This document shows, one piece after another, positions 1 through 13,577 of a stretch of DNA of 64,000 nt. The DNA comes from Tubiluchus corallicola (taxonomy: Eukaryota; Animalia; Priapulida). Positions within the stretch are counted from its first letter, which is position 1, and every line of letters begins with the position of its first letter. Below the pieces are notes generated by a model that saw only the letters and a list, made by a program, of their open reading frames with translations, was not told the origin of the DNA and did not search any database. The stretch lies in assembly GCA_030141605.1 (NCBI GenBank), contig JAQGDQ010001032.1, forward strand, positions 4,926-68,925. The letters are read 5' to 3'. The translations under genes and the position numbers were made by a program.

Positions 1-150
1 AATACATCTCAGTTTAGCGACAATTTTCGACTCACCCGTGTTAGCTTAAGGCTTACGTGACATTATAAAAAATGTGGATACTGTTTACACGTGCATCCAG
101 TTTATCAGTATCGTATCATGATATGTATCGTATCGTGACCTAGTTGTATC

Positions 151-1349
151 GTTACAGCCCTACTACCTACAGCTTTTAACATTAAGTGGGCCCACCAGTG
201 AGTACAGCATTCGAGTTCTCACATTACAGCCCTACTACCTACAGCTTTTAACATTAAGTGGGCCCACCAGTGAGTACAGCATTCGAGTTCTCACATTACA
301 GCCCTACTACCTACAGCTTTTAACATTAAGTGGGTCCACCAGTGAGCACAGCATTGGAGTTCTCACGTTACAGCCCTATTACCTACAGCTTTTAACATTA
401 AGTGGGCCCACCAATGAGCACAGCATTGGAGTTCTCACGTTACAGCCCTACTACCTACAGCTTTTAACATTAAGTGGGCCCACCAGTGAGTACAGCATTC
501 GAGTTCTCACATTACAGCCCTACTACCTACAGCTTTTAACATTAAGTGGGTCCACCAGTGAGCACAGCATTGGAGTTCTCACGTTACAGCCCTATTACCT
601 ACAGCTTTTAACATTAAGTGGGCCCACCAATGAGCACAGCAATGGAGTTCTCACGTTACAGCCCTACTACCTACAGCCTTTAACATTAAGTGGGCCTACC
701 ACTGAGCACAGCATTCGAGTTCTCACATTACAGCCCTACTACCTACAGCCTTTAACATTCAGTGGGTCCACCAGTGAGCACAGCATTCGAGTTCTCACGT
801 TACAGCCCTATTACCTACAGCTTTTAACATTAAGTGGGCCCACCAATGAGCACAGCATTGGAGTTCTCACGTTACAGCCCTACTACCTACAGCCTTTAAC
901 ATTAAGTGGGCCCACCAGTGAGTGCAACATTCGAGTTCTCACGTTACAGCCCTATTACCTACAGCCTTTAACATTAAGTGGGCCCACCAGTGAGCACAGC
1001 ATTGGAGTTCTCACGTTACAGCCCTACTACCTACAGCCTTTAACATTAAGTGGGCCCACCAGTGAGCACAGCATTCGAGTTCTCACATTACAGTCCTACT
1101 ACCTACATCCTTTAACATTAAGTGGGCCCACCACTGAGTACAGCATTCGAGTTCTCATGTTACAGCCCTACTACCTACAGCCTTTAACATTAAGTGGGCC
1201 TACCACTGAGCACAGCATTCGAGTTCTCACATTACAGCCCTACTACCTACAGCCTTTAACATTCAGTGGGTCCACCAGTGAGCGCAACATTCGAGTTCTC
1301 ACGTTACAGCCCTATTACCTACAGCCTTTAACATTAAGTGGGCCCACCA
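151..1349. repeat. Tandem array, 72-bp unit, about 16.5 copies
   Basis: Unit gttacagccctactacctacagc..cgagttctcac; period 151 to 223. Confidence 0.95.
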
Positions 1350-1417
1350 CGACTAGTGAAGAATGCAAAGATTGAAATGCTTCAGTTTATTTTTTGTTCT
1401 CTAACACAACATTTTAC

Positions 1418-4400
1418 CTTGCCAACAAGCATTAGCGTCGTATCGATCGGTCCTTCGCCCACATATTCCAGTTTAATGATTCTTCCCGCATGTCTTGAAA
1501 TTCCTGTAAGAAATCGGACGTATTCATTTTTAAACCTACAGGATTCAGGGCTTAAAACTTAACAGACTTTGCAAAAATACATCACACATATAGCTTTATA
1601 ATGCAAGAAAAAACAAACCAAAGGTAGTGATTTATCGTGTGTTTAACTTTTGAGATTAGTTGGCAGCATTCTAAGCAGCAATTCATGCAAAACCCTTAAC
1701 AGCACTGCTAGATCAATAATACAGTAGAAGAATTGCATTCCTAGCACACACATTAGAACCTAAATCCACACAATATATACAGATAAAGGGACAAAGGTTA
1801 CCCAATATTTCATTAAAAATTGTTTATAAAAAACACAAATAGTAATTGTTACTGTCAATGGTAGTTGTTACTGTCAGGGGCGGCTCTAGGCGGTTTGACG
1901 GTCAATCCCTTTTCCCACGATCCCTCCTCAACGATCAATCCCTTTCCCCACGATCCCTCCTCAACGGTCAATCCCTTTTCCCACGATCCCTCCTCAACGG
2001 TCAATCCCTTTCCCCACGATCCCTCCTCAATGGTCAATCCCTTTCCCCACGATCCCTCCTCAATGGTCAATCCCTTTCCCCACGATCCCTCCTCAACGGT
2101 CAATCCCTTTGCCCACAATCCCTCCTGAATGGTCAATCCCTTTCCCCACGATCCCCCCTCAATGGTAAATCGCTTTCCCCACGATCCCTCCTCAACGGTC
2201 AATCCCTTTGCCCACAATCCCTCCTGAATGGTCAATCCCTTTCCCCACGATCCCCCCTCAATGGTAAATCGCTTTCCCCACGATCCCTCCTCAACGGTCA
2301 ATCCCTTTGCCCACAATCCCTCCTGAATGGTCAATCCCTTTCCCCACGATCCCCCCTCAATGGTAAATCGCTTTCCCCACGATCCCTCCTCAACGGTCAA
2401 TCCCTTTGCCCACAATCCCTCCTGAATGGTCAATCCCTTTCCCCACGATCCCCCCTCAATGGTAAATCGCTTTCCCCATGATCTCTGCTCAACGGTTAAT
2501 CTCTTTCCCCACGATCCCTCCTCAGTAATGTCGGCGTGAAATGGTGTAATCTTAGGAAACCAGATAAAGCAAAATTAGACACTCAGCGGCATCGACGAAT
2601 CACACATTTTGATGGGAAAATAATGAATCTACTTCGTTTCATTCAATTAGTGTTGCACACGTAACTTATACTGTGCTATTGTTTTGCCTAACCTTCAAAA
2701 TTGAAAAATTACTACCACAATTTGGCACCCTTAGCAACTGCCTAGCTTGCCTAGTGGTAGAGCCAGCCCCGGTTACCGTCAATGCCTAACTACACGTCCG
2801 GGAAGAAAAGTTTATTGCATTACCTCTAGCAGCACGATTAACAGCAGCAAAGAGCGGATACTTGTTAGTAAATGTTTCCTCATCAGCAATAATGTTCACC
2901 TTCACGTTAGAACCTTTGAATAGATTTTCTACATACTCTGCCACACGAGGTGCTGCCATTCGTTCCGGATCCGACCCGCCAATGTCCCGTGCAGCTACCC
3001 TGACAATACAACAGTGGACTCATTTATATATTAGTGAAACTGACAAGATTTTTTGATTTTGCAGAAGAGCAAAGACTAGAAAGAATAGACTAATGATTAT
3101 ATACCGTATATACTCGCATATAAGCCGAATTTAGAACTATAAAATACAATACTGAAATCAGGGGGTCGGCTTATATGCGAGTGAAACAAAATGAAGGAGT
3201 GTGTGGAGAAGGAGATCTTCGAGTGGTTTGAAGCCCAGAGACAAAATGGATATGACTTTTGATTTATCATGTCCAGAGACAGGACAATGATTTTGAAGGT
3301 TTCTAATTATTTTTAAGAACACTACGTTAAATTATAAACAGAAATGTTATAAATTTTTGTGAATAAATAGAAAACAAAATATTTTCTTCTTTATTCATAT
3401 CAAAATGTATAATTTCTTCTATTTCTTCTAGTATGTAACATAAAAGTAAGCATTTTACATCTTTATAGTAAAAAATTTCTATGAACCAAAAATACCCAAT
3501 TAACAAAATGTGACAAAAAGGGATCAATTTTGTTGATTGGGTATGGAGTAAAATTAGACAAGTTGATGGTCGGCTTATATACGGGTTTTTGCAAAAACTG
3601 GCCATTTTAAAGCAGTTTTAGGGGGTCGGCTTATATGCGATGTAGGCTTATATGCGAGTATATACGGTAGTTACATCACGTTTTGACTGAGTAGACACAC
3701 TAAGAGCAGCCGAAATACAATAGTTTGTTGTTGTTGACTGGTATTAATATTTAAGTCCTGGTAATCAGTTGTCTCATCATTTCAGAAAATAACAATTTCC
3801 GTTCTTTATTTCACGACTGCCTGTTACCAACCTCATTGTTATTCATTTTTGAACTGTACAGAATTAAACAAAGTGTGAAAAAATCGGGACTGAACCTAGA
3901 TATGAACCAGAGCTTTTCTAAACCAAAGATACTTGGTTCAAATCCAGGGTCAGTTCCAACTTCTTTTCATTTCTTTTTTTTTTTGCTTAAGTTTAGTTTC
4001 TAAAAAATAGTAGCAGCATGTTCATTTCATTATGTAGAATGTAATATGCACTCATATCTCGGTTTGTCAGACAAAAGCAGGGAGATGTCGTTCAGATTTT
4101 GCCAATTGTCCATATTTTCCGGTACTAAGCTAATACAGTAGGCGCTGTGTACTAGACTCGTGGTAACGTAGAATCAATCACCTAATTGTCCCAAAAACGT
4201 CTAGTACGCGCCACTCCTATGCAAAAGTATGTAAAGACTGTCTGCAATTGACTCAAATAACTCTGCACAATTGATTCTAAACCGCTTACACATGCTGATT
4301 AAACCACTAAACATGCTGACATACAAGGTACACACATGTCGTTACATGGATGTAAATAAAGTGACGACCCCCCAACTAGCAGTCAGCTCACAAAATAACG

Positions 4401-7400
4401 GACTGTGTCCGTAGCACGTACGATGTTTTAACGGACCAGATTTTCTCAGAATTTTCGGGCTATGTACACATTTACACGTAAAACCTCTTGTTGATCTTTA
4501 ACTTTTGACCTACATCATTACATCAGGGATGAGAATGACAAATTACAAAAAACTCTGAAACAGGCCGGGGGGTTGGGGGCCGCGCAGACCGCCATGGGGG
4601 TTCAAGGGGGCGAAGCAACAAATTGCAATTTTGTGACCATAGAGAACCTCTAAGTGGACTTAAAATATCAATTACCTTGTTTCATGCATAATTTAAAATA
4701 TCCAACTATCAAGGATACATGATACCTAATTGTCTCAAAAACGCCTAAGTACTGGCCGCTCCTATGCAAAAGTATATAAAAACTGTCTGCAATTGACTCA
4801 AATAACTCCGCACAATTGATTCTATATTTTTATACATAGAGAAATACACGTGGTTACACTGATGTACGTGATGTAAACAAAGTGACCGCCTGCCAACTAG
4901 CGGTCAGCTTGTGAAATAATGTACTGGATCCGCAAAAATTTTCTCAACGAATTTACGTGATTTACAAAAATGGCACTACTGGTCTTCCAAAAACTCGGAA
5001 TTCCGCGTATCCGCGGAAAATTCTCATCCCTGCATTACATACGATTACAAAATTACTTTGAGCATTATATGGTGTGTCTAGTTATACCTGTCACATAGAA
5101 GCAACGTTTCTGCAACATTTTCTCTGCAACATTTCTGGGTGGCCTTGACTTCAATGAGCCAATTTGATGAGCAAAAAACGAAAGAGCCTGTATAAAATGT
5201 TACCTCCCGCTCTCTAGTGCCGATGCCAGTTTCACCACATCACAGTCGCTTTTGCTGCACCACACGCCAAGACTGTCCGCTTTCTTAGCACGGGAGGGAA
5301 CGGATTCCTTCACTTCCAAAGGCTAAACGTAAACACAATAAAACATTTGTGATCGCCTGATAAACAAACGGTTGGTTTTCCACAATTTACACCATTTTTA
5401 GTATAAAAAATATTGGGCTAAGTAGAGAGGCTGTGTGGAAATTTAGACTACAATAATACTAAAAGTGATTACTCCACAAAGTTTAACGTCTGTTCCGTTT
5501 AACGAAAAAATATTCAAGATACGAAAACGAAAACTGAAAGTGCCGCCCGACAGCGGTCCTCCCAGAATGCATTTCGTAGCATCACATGAACGCTTTGTTG
5601 TGCTCTTGTCCAGTGTCTTGCATTTTTGTGCTGTGTATTTTGAGTAAAATTTGTGTTGGTTCGCATTCAATAACCACGGGTCCGAAAAATCCAGTGCCAG
5701 TGGTAGTAGTAAGAAGAAAAGGATGATGTCGATGGAAACAAAGCTTGAAATTGTAAAGTCAAACCAAGCACAATATTTACACCTTATATGACTGTTTTCG
5801 GGGGGGGGGGGGCTGTAACGAATTACGTCACTTATAGGGTAAATCTTGTCTCATAATACGAAATTCTAAGATACGAAAGCCCCTTCGGAACGAATTAATT
5901 TCGTATCTCGAGGCATCACTGTATTCTTTCACATTTTGTATTTTTACATTTTTCTGTAGCTTATCATATAATTGATAAATAATTGAGACCTTAAAGTAAA
6001 ACCGGAATTAATCTTAAACTCTAAGTCAAAACAATATACTCTTCAAAATATAGAAAGGAAACACTTCTACTACTGTTTTTTAAAGAATTCCTAACTTGAG
6101 AGAATTATTACCACACAAATGCAATTTCACATTCGCAGCTCTAATTGTTCACTGTTACATGCATTTTGCGATTCACTAGTTAGACATGCAATAGCGCCTG
6201 TATATCGGAAAGCGTTGCACAAAAAACAGGTATCTTATAGTTCAAATGTGTTAGTTTGTGACGAACTACACACATTTGACAGCTCATGCATGAATACAGC
6301 GGTAAATTTGAAATTTGAATTTTTATCTTAAAACTTGCCTAGTTTTAGTACAACATACTGAATATCATACAGTAGTACTGCACATCAATTTTTGGTTTCA
6401 CAAACAACTGTAACACCCTCATGGAATATTTTTGCTTGGGGGGAGGGGGGCTGGAACGAAATACGCCACTCATGGGGCATAAATCTTGTCTCATAATATT
6501 AAATTCTAAGATACGAAAGCCCATCCGGAACGAATTAACTTCGTATCTCGAGGTATCACTGCATTTAATGTTAAAACTGATGTTGAAAACTGCGTACAAA
6601 ATAGATCATGTATTCGTATCGCTACAATGTATGTTTAACTCACCACATACAAAGCATGTAGAGCACCAAGCACTGACACAAGTCTAGCACTCGCGTATGT
6701 TTTACAACCCGGTTCTACGAGCAGTAGGTTCTTGCAATCCATCGCCAAAGCTCTGCAATTTGAACAAGTTTCACTCTAGGTAGGTCAACTCCAGGGATTG
6801 ACCGTTGAGGGGGAATCGTGGGGAACGGGATTGACCATTGAGGAGGGATCATGGGCAACGGGATTGACCGTTGAGAGGGAATCGTGGGGAACGGAATTGA
6901 CCGTTGAGGGGCAATCGTGGGGAACAGGATTGACCGTTGAGGGGCAATCGTGGGGAACAGGATTGACCGTTGAGGAGGGATTGTGGGGAAAGGGATTGAC
7001 CGTTGAGGGGGAATCGTGGGGATCGGGATTGACCGTTGAGGGGGGATTGTGGAGAAAGAGATTGACCATTGAGGGGGGATCGTGGGGAACGGGATTGACC
7101 ATTGAGGGAGATCGTGGGGAAAGGGATTGACCGTTGAGGGGGGATCGTTGGGAATGGGATTGACCGTTGACGGGGAATCGTGGGGAGAAGGATTGACCGT
7201 TGAGGGGGGATTGTGGGGAACGGGATTGACCGTTGAGGGGGGATTGTGGAGAAAGGGATTGACCGTTGAGGGGGGATCGTGGGGAAAGGAATTGACCGTT
7301 GAGGAGGGATCGTGGGGAAAGGAATTGACCGTTGAGGGGGGATCGTGGGGAAAGGAATTGACCGTTGAGGGGGGATCGTGGGGAAAGGAATTGACCGTTG

Positions 7401-10400
7401 AGGGGGGTGCTAAAGATACTTTTGCCTAGGGCGACAAACAACCTAGACTAGAATAATCTAATTTACATGATGACAGAGATAAAATTTTCTGGCATGATGA
7501 AATGTGTGCTTGCATAGCATTATCGTCCATAAGTCGACAATTAAGCTTTTCTAGTTATTCACAATTCCTGAATTTCCATTTCATGAGGATAATTTTGATA
7601 CCAAGTTCATCGCTCTACGTTATTTCTAAGCTGAGATAATCCAAGTTGAAGTTGAGGTGCAGGCTGCACATTGAAAAATGTAATCTTGAGGCAAACGCTG
7701 TTAAAGTCAGCCATTGTTTTTTGTCGCGTCTCTAAAAAACACTTAGCAACTGTACAAAATTGTGGTTGCTATGGATTTTTCAAGAGCAAATTGTAGTGAC
7801 ATTTAAATCCAGTGTAGATGGCTCTTCCTGACAAAGATCTGGGCTTGTCAACAGAAAAAAAAACGACACAAAATGGCTGCTCCCACGAGCTACAATCGGA
7901 ATTCGAAAATACAAGTTTTTTTTACAATTGCAGTACTAGTTTCTAGACAGAAAAGTGGGTAAGGAGTTATAAAATTAGATTTTTAGTATTTTTGGACTTT
8001 TTCCTAATAATTTGATGCTTGAATATAAAAGTCCAATATATTTAGCATTTGTTTTCATAAAAAAAAATCGACATTTGACCAAATTTTTTGGTTCATTCTA
8101 CTTTGAAGCATCATAACAAACTTTTAACTATGCCGACTTATGGACGATTTTGGTTCGCAAGTACACGAATTTGCAGTTTAAAAACCATTATAGTGATAGT
8201 ATAAAAACTTGCACTAATAATTAACCGTATTAGAATATTAGGAATGCAATCCAAAACTTCATACACTTTCAGCTACCTAAACGAATGTAGTTTACCAGCG
8301 AAACTGATACATCTGATTTTCGCTACGGTAGCGACTTTAACAAATAAAATAACGTGCATACGTAGTACCTCTTAACAGCTTTACATGCCGCCTCTGAAAA
8401 TCGTCTAACATCATCATAGTCTCTTGTTACGGGGCCTGTCGGAGAAAACACCTGAAACACATTAAATACCAAACTGCAAAAATGGCAATATGAACAACAC
8501 CTGAAACACATTAAATACAAAACTGCAAAAATGGCAATATGAACAATAACACCTGAAACACATTGAATACCAAACTGCAAAAATGGCAATATGAACAACA
8601 CCTGAAACATATTGAATACAAAACTGCAAAAATGGCAATATGAACAACACCTGAAACACATTAAATACCAAACTGCAAAAATGGCAATATGAACAACACC
8701 TGAAACACATTAAATACCAAACTGCAAAAATGGCAATATGAACAACACCTGAAACACATTAAATACCAAACTGCAAAAATTGCAATATGAACAACACCTG
8801 AAACACATTAAATACCAAACTGCAAAAATGGCAATATGAACAACACCTGAAACACATTAAATACCAAACTGCAAAAATGGCAATATGAACAACAACACCT
8901 GAAACACATTAAATACCAAACTGCAAAAATGGCAATATGAACAACAACACCTGAAACACATTAAATACCAAACTGCAAAAATGGCAATATCAATAACACC
9001 TGAAACACATTAAATAGCAAACTGCAAAAATGGCAATATCAATAACACCTGAAACACATTAAATACCAAACTGCAAAAATGGCAATATGAACAACACCTA
9101 AGACACATTAAATACCAAACTGCAAAAATGGCAATATCAATAACACCTGAAACACATTAAATACCAAACTGCAAAAATGGCAATATGAACAACACCTAAA
9201 ACACATTAAATACCAAACTGCAAAAATGGCAATATGAACAACACCTAAGACACATTAAATACCAAACTGCAAAAATGGCAATATGAGCAATTGCGCTGTT
9301 AGAAGGACAGAGTTCTAAACGTAATTAAGAAATCAAATACAAAGGTAGCAAAGTTGTAACTGCAATATGCATAACGACACATATTTATTGGAAAGTGCTG
9401 CCCTCTACGAGCAATGTGGAGAGGAAAAGACGGGAGGAAAACAATGATGGTTGCGTTTTTATTCACAGCAATGTTTTTTATCAATTTTGTGTTATAGTTA
9501 ACAACAGCATTTAGTTATTATGAAATTTGTACCTTGAGAAACTTTAAATCTTGATGAAGAGCCAACGATGTAAGTTACATGAATTTAAATAATTTAATTA
9601 AGTTTACGAATTCGATCTGTGAAATTTGTAAAAGTACTTTGACCAATAGTTTGTCTTCTTATTTATTAAGGTCCTGTTTATCATTCTATTTATTTTTCTT
9701 ACTTGTTAATGTTCTCTTTATTATTCTCTTTAGAAAAAACGACTTTGGAACGTGAATGAAATAGTGAAGGTTTTTCTGTACATAACATATTGGCAAGGTG
9801 GAACAAGTTCATGTAGACGAAGACGGGGTAGTGAGAAATGCTAAAATCATAAATCTTTACACAAATCTTTTCCTATCAAACAAAAGGCAGCAGAGGTATT
9901 TTTTTGAAAGTCTGTAGAACAATGAAATGATAGAATGAAACGAAACAATGAAAGAACAATGAACAATGAAGCATAGCCAATTTTCAACTTGAAATAGAAG
10001 ACAAACGTACAGTCCATAACCAATTGGAGAATTTCATTTAACATGAACTGATAGTGCTAAAGTTATGTCAACTTTAGTTGATGACAATTGAACAACAAAC
10101 AACGACACGAATTTAGTAAGATATTACATACTAGAGCATGTTAAACATAATGTAGATCAAATGACTTGCGATAAGCTAATGCACTTAAATAATCACTTAG
10201 CTGATACGCTCAAGGCTGCTCTGATAGAGAACTGAAAAATTTACATGCCATTTTCCACTGTGCACTTCTACAGTAGGTATCTACTAGTAGACTAGACATG
10301 TATTAACTTGCCTTGGCAGCAGGCCAGGCCGAGAGCCACATGGCAGTCAACCACTTTTGCTATAGGAATGACTTACAAAAAATAAATTATGGTTTCTTTG

Positions 10401-11019
10401 TGAAGAGGTTAATTATCTAAAGAAAACTGTCTAGCTGACTTATTGATAAACTAAAGTGGGCAATTAAGTAATTAAGAAGTCTGGCAGATAAAAACTTAGG
10501 TCAATTGTCTTGTGTAGCAAAACACTAAAATTCACAACTAAACAGCTCATGTGTTTAGGCTCTCAGAGTGTAATAACTGACTACTTGACGTTAACGTAAC
10601 AGTGCAGTTAGTTGAACTGCATCAGGTGTTACTTTTATTTGCAAATATAAATGATGTTAATTTCTTCACTGCTGCTGAATCTTAACGATCCGGTACTCAG
10701 GTACCAAATGGGTATCCGAGTCTGATTTTTGCTCCACTTGTAAACACCCTCTGCTACATTTCACTTATCTGATTTTTGCTCCCTTGTAAACACTCCCTGG
10801 TACATTTCAGTTATCTGAGCAAAATGAACTGCAATAGACTTGATAAGCCCAGAGAGTAAACAAGATTATACTTCTCAATTCTGATAGACTACAGTATTCT
10901 GGGACAATTTCTACCAAGGCCGGCTCTAAGTAGTTTAACGCTCTAGGTAAAAGTATTTTAGCGTCCCAGTTCGCCTAATGGAAGACCCAGCCCTGATGTC
11001 TACCCATAATCTAATATAC

Positions 11020-11062
<43 letters not shown>

Positions 11063-13236
11063 ATAATTATATATATATACCCATATAATATACCCATATA
11101 ATATAATATTATAAAATATAATATAAAATATATATACCCATATATATTATATTTACACACACACATATGTATATATATATATACCAGTGCAAATAACACG
11201 AAAACAAACAGTAAATTCAACAGAGATTATAATTATTAAAAACTTACGAGTCGCTTTCCATAAAGTTCTTCAACTCTTAGCACAGTTACTTGATCAGTAA
11301 CTGTCTTGTCTGTCTGCAAGAGTAAAAATAAAACTAAATGACTCAATTACACAAAACCTTAATTGCATACATTCTTAAGAATCTGTTGTGTTTTGTTTCT
11401 CTCGGAAGGCTCGTAGAGAAAACCAGAAAACACGTCGTTAAATATTATTACTTTATTGAGCGAGAATTCTTACAACACAAGTATGAAGGAACGAGAAATG
11501 ATTATACTAAACGTGAAAATCTGGAAAACGTTTAAGTAAGTATACAAGAATAAGTATAAGTCCGTGTTAGATCTGCGTGCGATCCCGTGTCGGCAGCCTG
11601 CTTCGCCTTATATAGCGCACTGCAGAAACTTCTCGAACAAATGTTCGAGAACAATCCAGACGCTAAGGCGCTCATTCCAACGGAACATCTTACGATGTTC
11701 TGTGCATTTCTACTTGACGTCCGCGATCTCCACAACAGAATCTTGTTCGGCGAATAAGCCCAAATTATTGATTGATTTCGAACAAGTCAGAAAGATGGAA
11801 ATGTGTAAAAAATTCAGCATGAACCATGGATTTGCACTAGCAACAAAAAAGGCCTATACAATCTCATTCCAAATCAATATACGCAGCCCAAAAAACAATA
11901 GTATAAGGCAGAATAGTTGCAGTTAATATTAAATACATCTAGTATCAAATTAATTCTTTAGTTACACATTATGTTAATCATCATAGTTTCTGTCAAAGTG
12001 TAATTTTAATAAATAGAATAATGCTCAATATAATAGTTATTTATTAAACAGACCCATTAGAAAAGAGTAACAGAATAATGCTCAATATAATAGTTATTTA
12101 TTAAACAGACCCATTATAAAAGAGTAACAGAATAATGCTCAATATAATAGTTACTTATTAAGTAAATCCATTATAAGAGTAATAGAATAATGATCAATAT
12201 AATAGTTATTTATTAAGTAAACCCATTAAAAAAGAATAATAGAATAATGCTCAATATAATAATTACTTATTAAGTAAACCCATTATAACAGAATAATGCT
12301 CAAAATAATAATTATTTATTAAACAGACCCATTATAAGAGAGTTTTAGAGTAATCCTCAATATAATAGTTATTCATTAAACAGACCATTATAAAAGAGTA
12401 ATAGAATAATGCTCAATATAATAGTTATTTATTAAGTAGACCCATTATAAAAGAGTAATAGAGTAATCCTCAATATAATAGTTATTTATTAAGTAAACCC
12501 ATTATAAAAGAGTAATAGAATAATGCTCAATATAATAATTATTTATTAAGTAAACCCATTATAAAAGAGTAATAGAATAATGCTCAATATAATAGTTATT
12601 TATTAAGTAAACCCATTATAAAAGAGTAATAGAATAATGCTCAATATAATAGTTATTTATTAAGTAAACCCATTATAAAAGAATAATAGAATAATGCTCA
12701 ATATAATAGTTATTTATTAAGTAAACCCATTATAAAAGAATAATAGAATAATGCTCAATATAATAGTTATTTATTAAGTAAACCCATTATAAAAGAATAA
12801 TAGAATAATGCTCAATATAATAGTTATTTATTAAGTAAACCCATTATAAAAGAGTAATAGAATAATGCTCAATATAATAGTTATTTATTAAGTAAACCCA
12901 TTATAAAAGAATAATAGAATAATGCTCAATATAATAGTTATTAATTAAGTATACCCATTATACGAGAGTGTATCATAAGTCACTGTACACTTTACATTTT
13001 CAATATTTTTTAACAAACAAAGCAAAACGTTTGCAAATTGCTAAACATAAACTAAAATCTTCTTCAGTAATCTTTAATAAGAAAAAACATACCTGAGCTG
13101 CAAACTTTACAGCAGTACCAAGAAAAGAGAGATCTGTGCCATCTAACTGTGTGCAGTCGTTGGTAACAAGAATAACGCAGTCGTACGCCTTGCTTTTAAC
13201 ATCTGCACAAGTGTGAAGGTTATAGTCCATGGTAGT
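1418..13236 (-). CDS. M17-family cytosol (leucyl) aminopeptidase, W07G4.4-like; partial, 3' part lies left of the window
   Basis: Six phase-compatible GT-AG exons: 13093-13236 (TTMDYNLHTC..FAAQ), 11248-11313 (TDKTV..GKRL), 8369-8451 (VFSPTGPVTRDYDDVRRF), 6644-6752 (ALAMDC..LGALHALYV), 5204-5322 (PLEVKES..ALESGR), 2824-2999 (VAARDIGGSDPERMAAP..YPLFAAVNRAA), followed by 1418-1503 (ISRHAGRIIKLEY..LMLVGK). RDIGGSDPERMAAP and LVGK are typical of this subfamily. Candidate ATG at 13230; an upstream exon is possible. Confidence 0.9.
1875..2771. mobile_element. hAT-like non-autonomous element carrying a 33-bp minisatellite
   Basis: TIRs caggggcggctcta / tagagccagccccg; 8-bp TSD gttactgt / gttaccgt. 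Related ends at about 7410-7450, 10917-10995 and 15650-15766. Confidence 0.75.
1895..2523. repeat. 33-bp C-rich minisatellite with a 99-bp higher-order repeat
   Basis: Unit tcaacggtcaatccctttccccacgatccctcc; three-unit variant pattern repeated over about 2090-2480. Confidence 0.95.
3104..3667. mobile_element. Tc1/mariner-superfamily (Tc2/pogo-like) MITE
   Basis: TIR ccgtatatactcgcatataagcc at both ends, flanked by TA. Confidence 0.85.
4049..4445 (+). mobile_element. Partial copy of MITE family A
   Basis: Homologous to 47430-47915. Confidence 0.65.
4524..5032. mobile_element. hAT MITE
   Basis: TIR cagggatgagaat / attctcatccctg; perfect 8-bp TSD cattacat. Confidence 0.88.
6793..7408. repeat. 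Same 33-bp minisatellite, inverted (G-rich)
   Basis: Unit gggattgaccgttgaggggggatcgtggggaaa. Confidence 0.95.
8446..9286. repeat. Tandem array, about 49-bp unit, about 17 copies, overlapping a splice acceptor
   Basis: Unit cctgaaacacattaaataccaaactgcaaaaatggcaatatgaacaaca. Confidence 0.95.
11384..11737 (-). mobile_element. Solo LTR (TGTTGTG...CACAACA)
   Basis: 7-bp inverted termini, perfect 5-bp TSD gaatc, TATA-like tatataag and AATAAA on the minus strand. Confidence 0.85.
12012..12962. repeat. AT-rich tandem array, 57-bp unit
   Basis: Unit aatagaataatgctcaatataatagttatttattaagtaaacccattataaaagagt. Confidence 0.95.
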
Positions 13237-13577
13237 CTGTAATTAAAATACAAAAATCATTGTCCATGAAGCACAAGTTCGCTCATAGTCTGCTGTAATA
13301 CTATAATATACTTATAATTCAACTCAATTCAATTTCATTTTCTCAATAGCAGTGAAAATTCGTCATAAGTATTTTTACATTTCATTGCAGCTGAGAAGGA
13401 GCAGCGAAAGACCTATTGGTCACTTGGTCAGCTGCCCCTACTTATAAGGAATAAGCTACTTGTGTTTTTCACTTGTGGATGCCTCAGCAGAGACAATAAA
13501 AGATTAGAATGTCAACAGTTACATTCAATACAGTATGAATGGAGTGTAACGTATACGTTATACTCTATAATAACTCT

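Noticed and set aside
1846-2481. Long repetitive ORFs here and at 6785-7441, 1157-1375, 54256-54597 and 61181-61582
   Set aside because: By-products of tandem repeats, often open on both strands and lying in introns.
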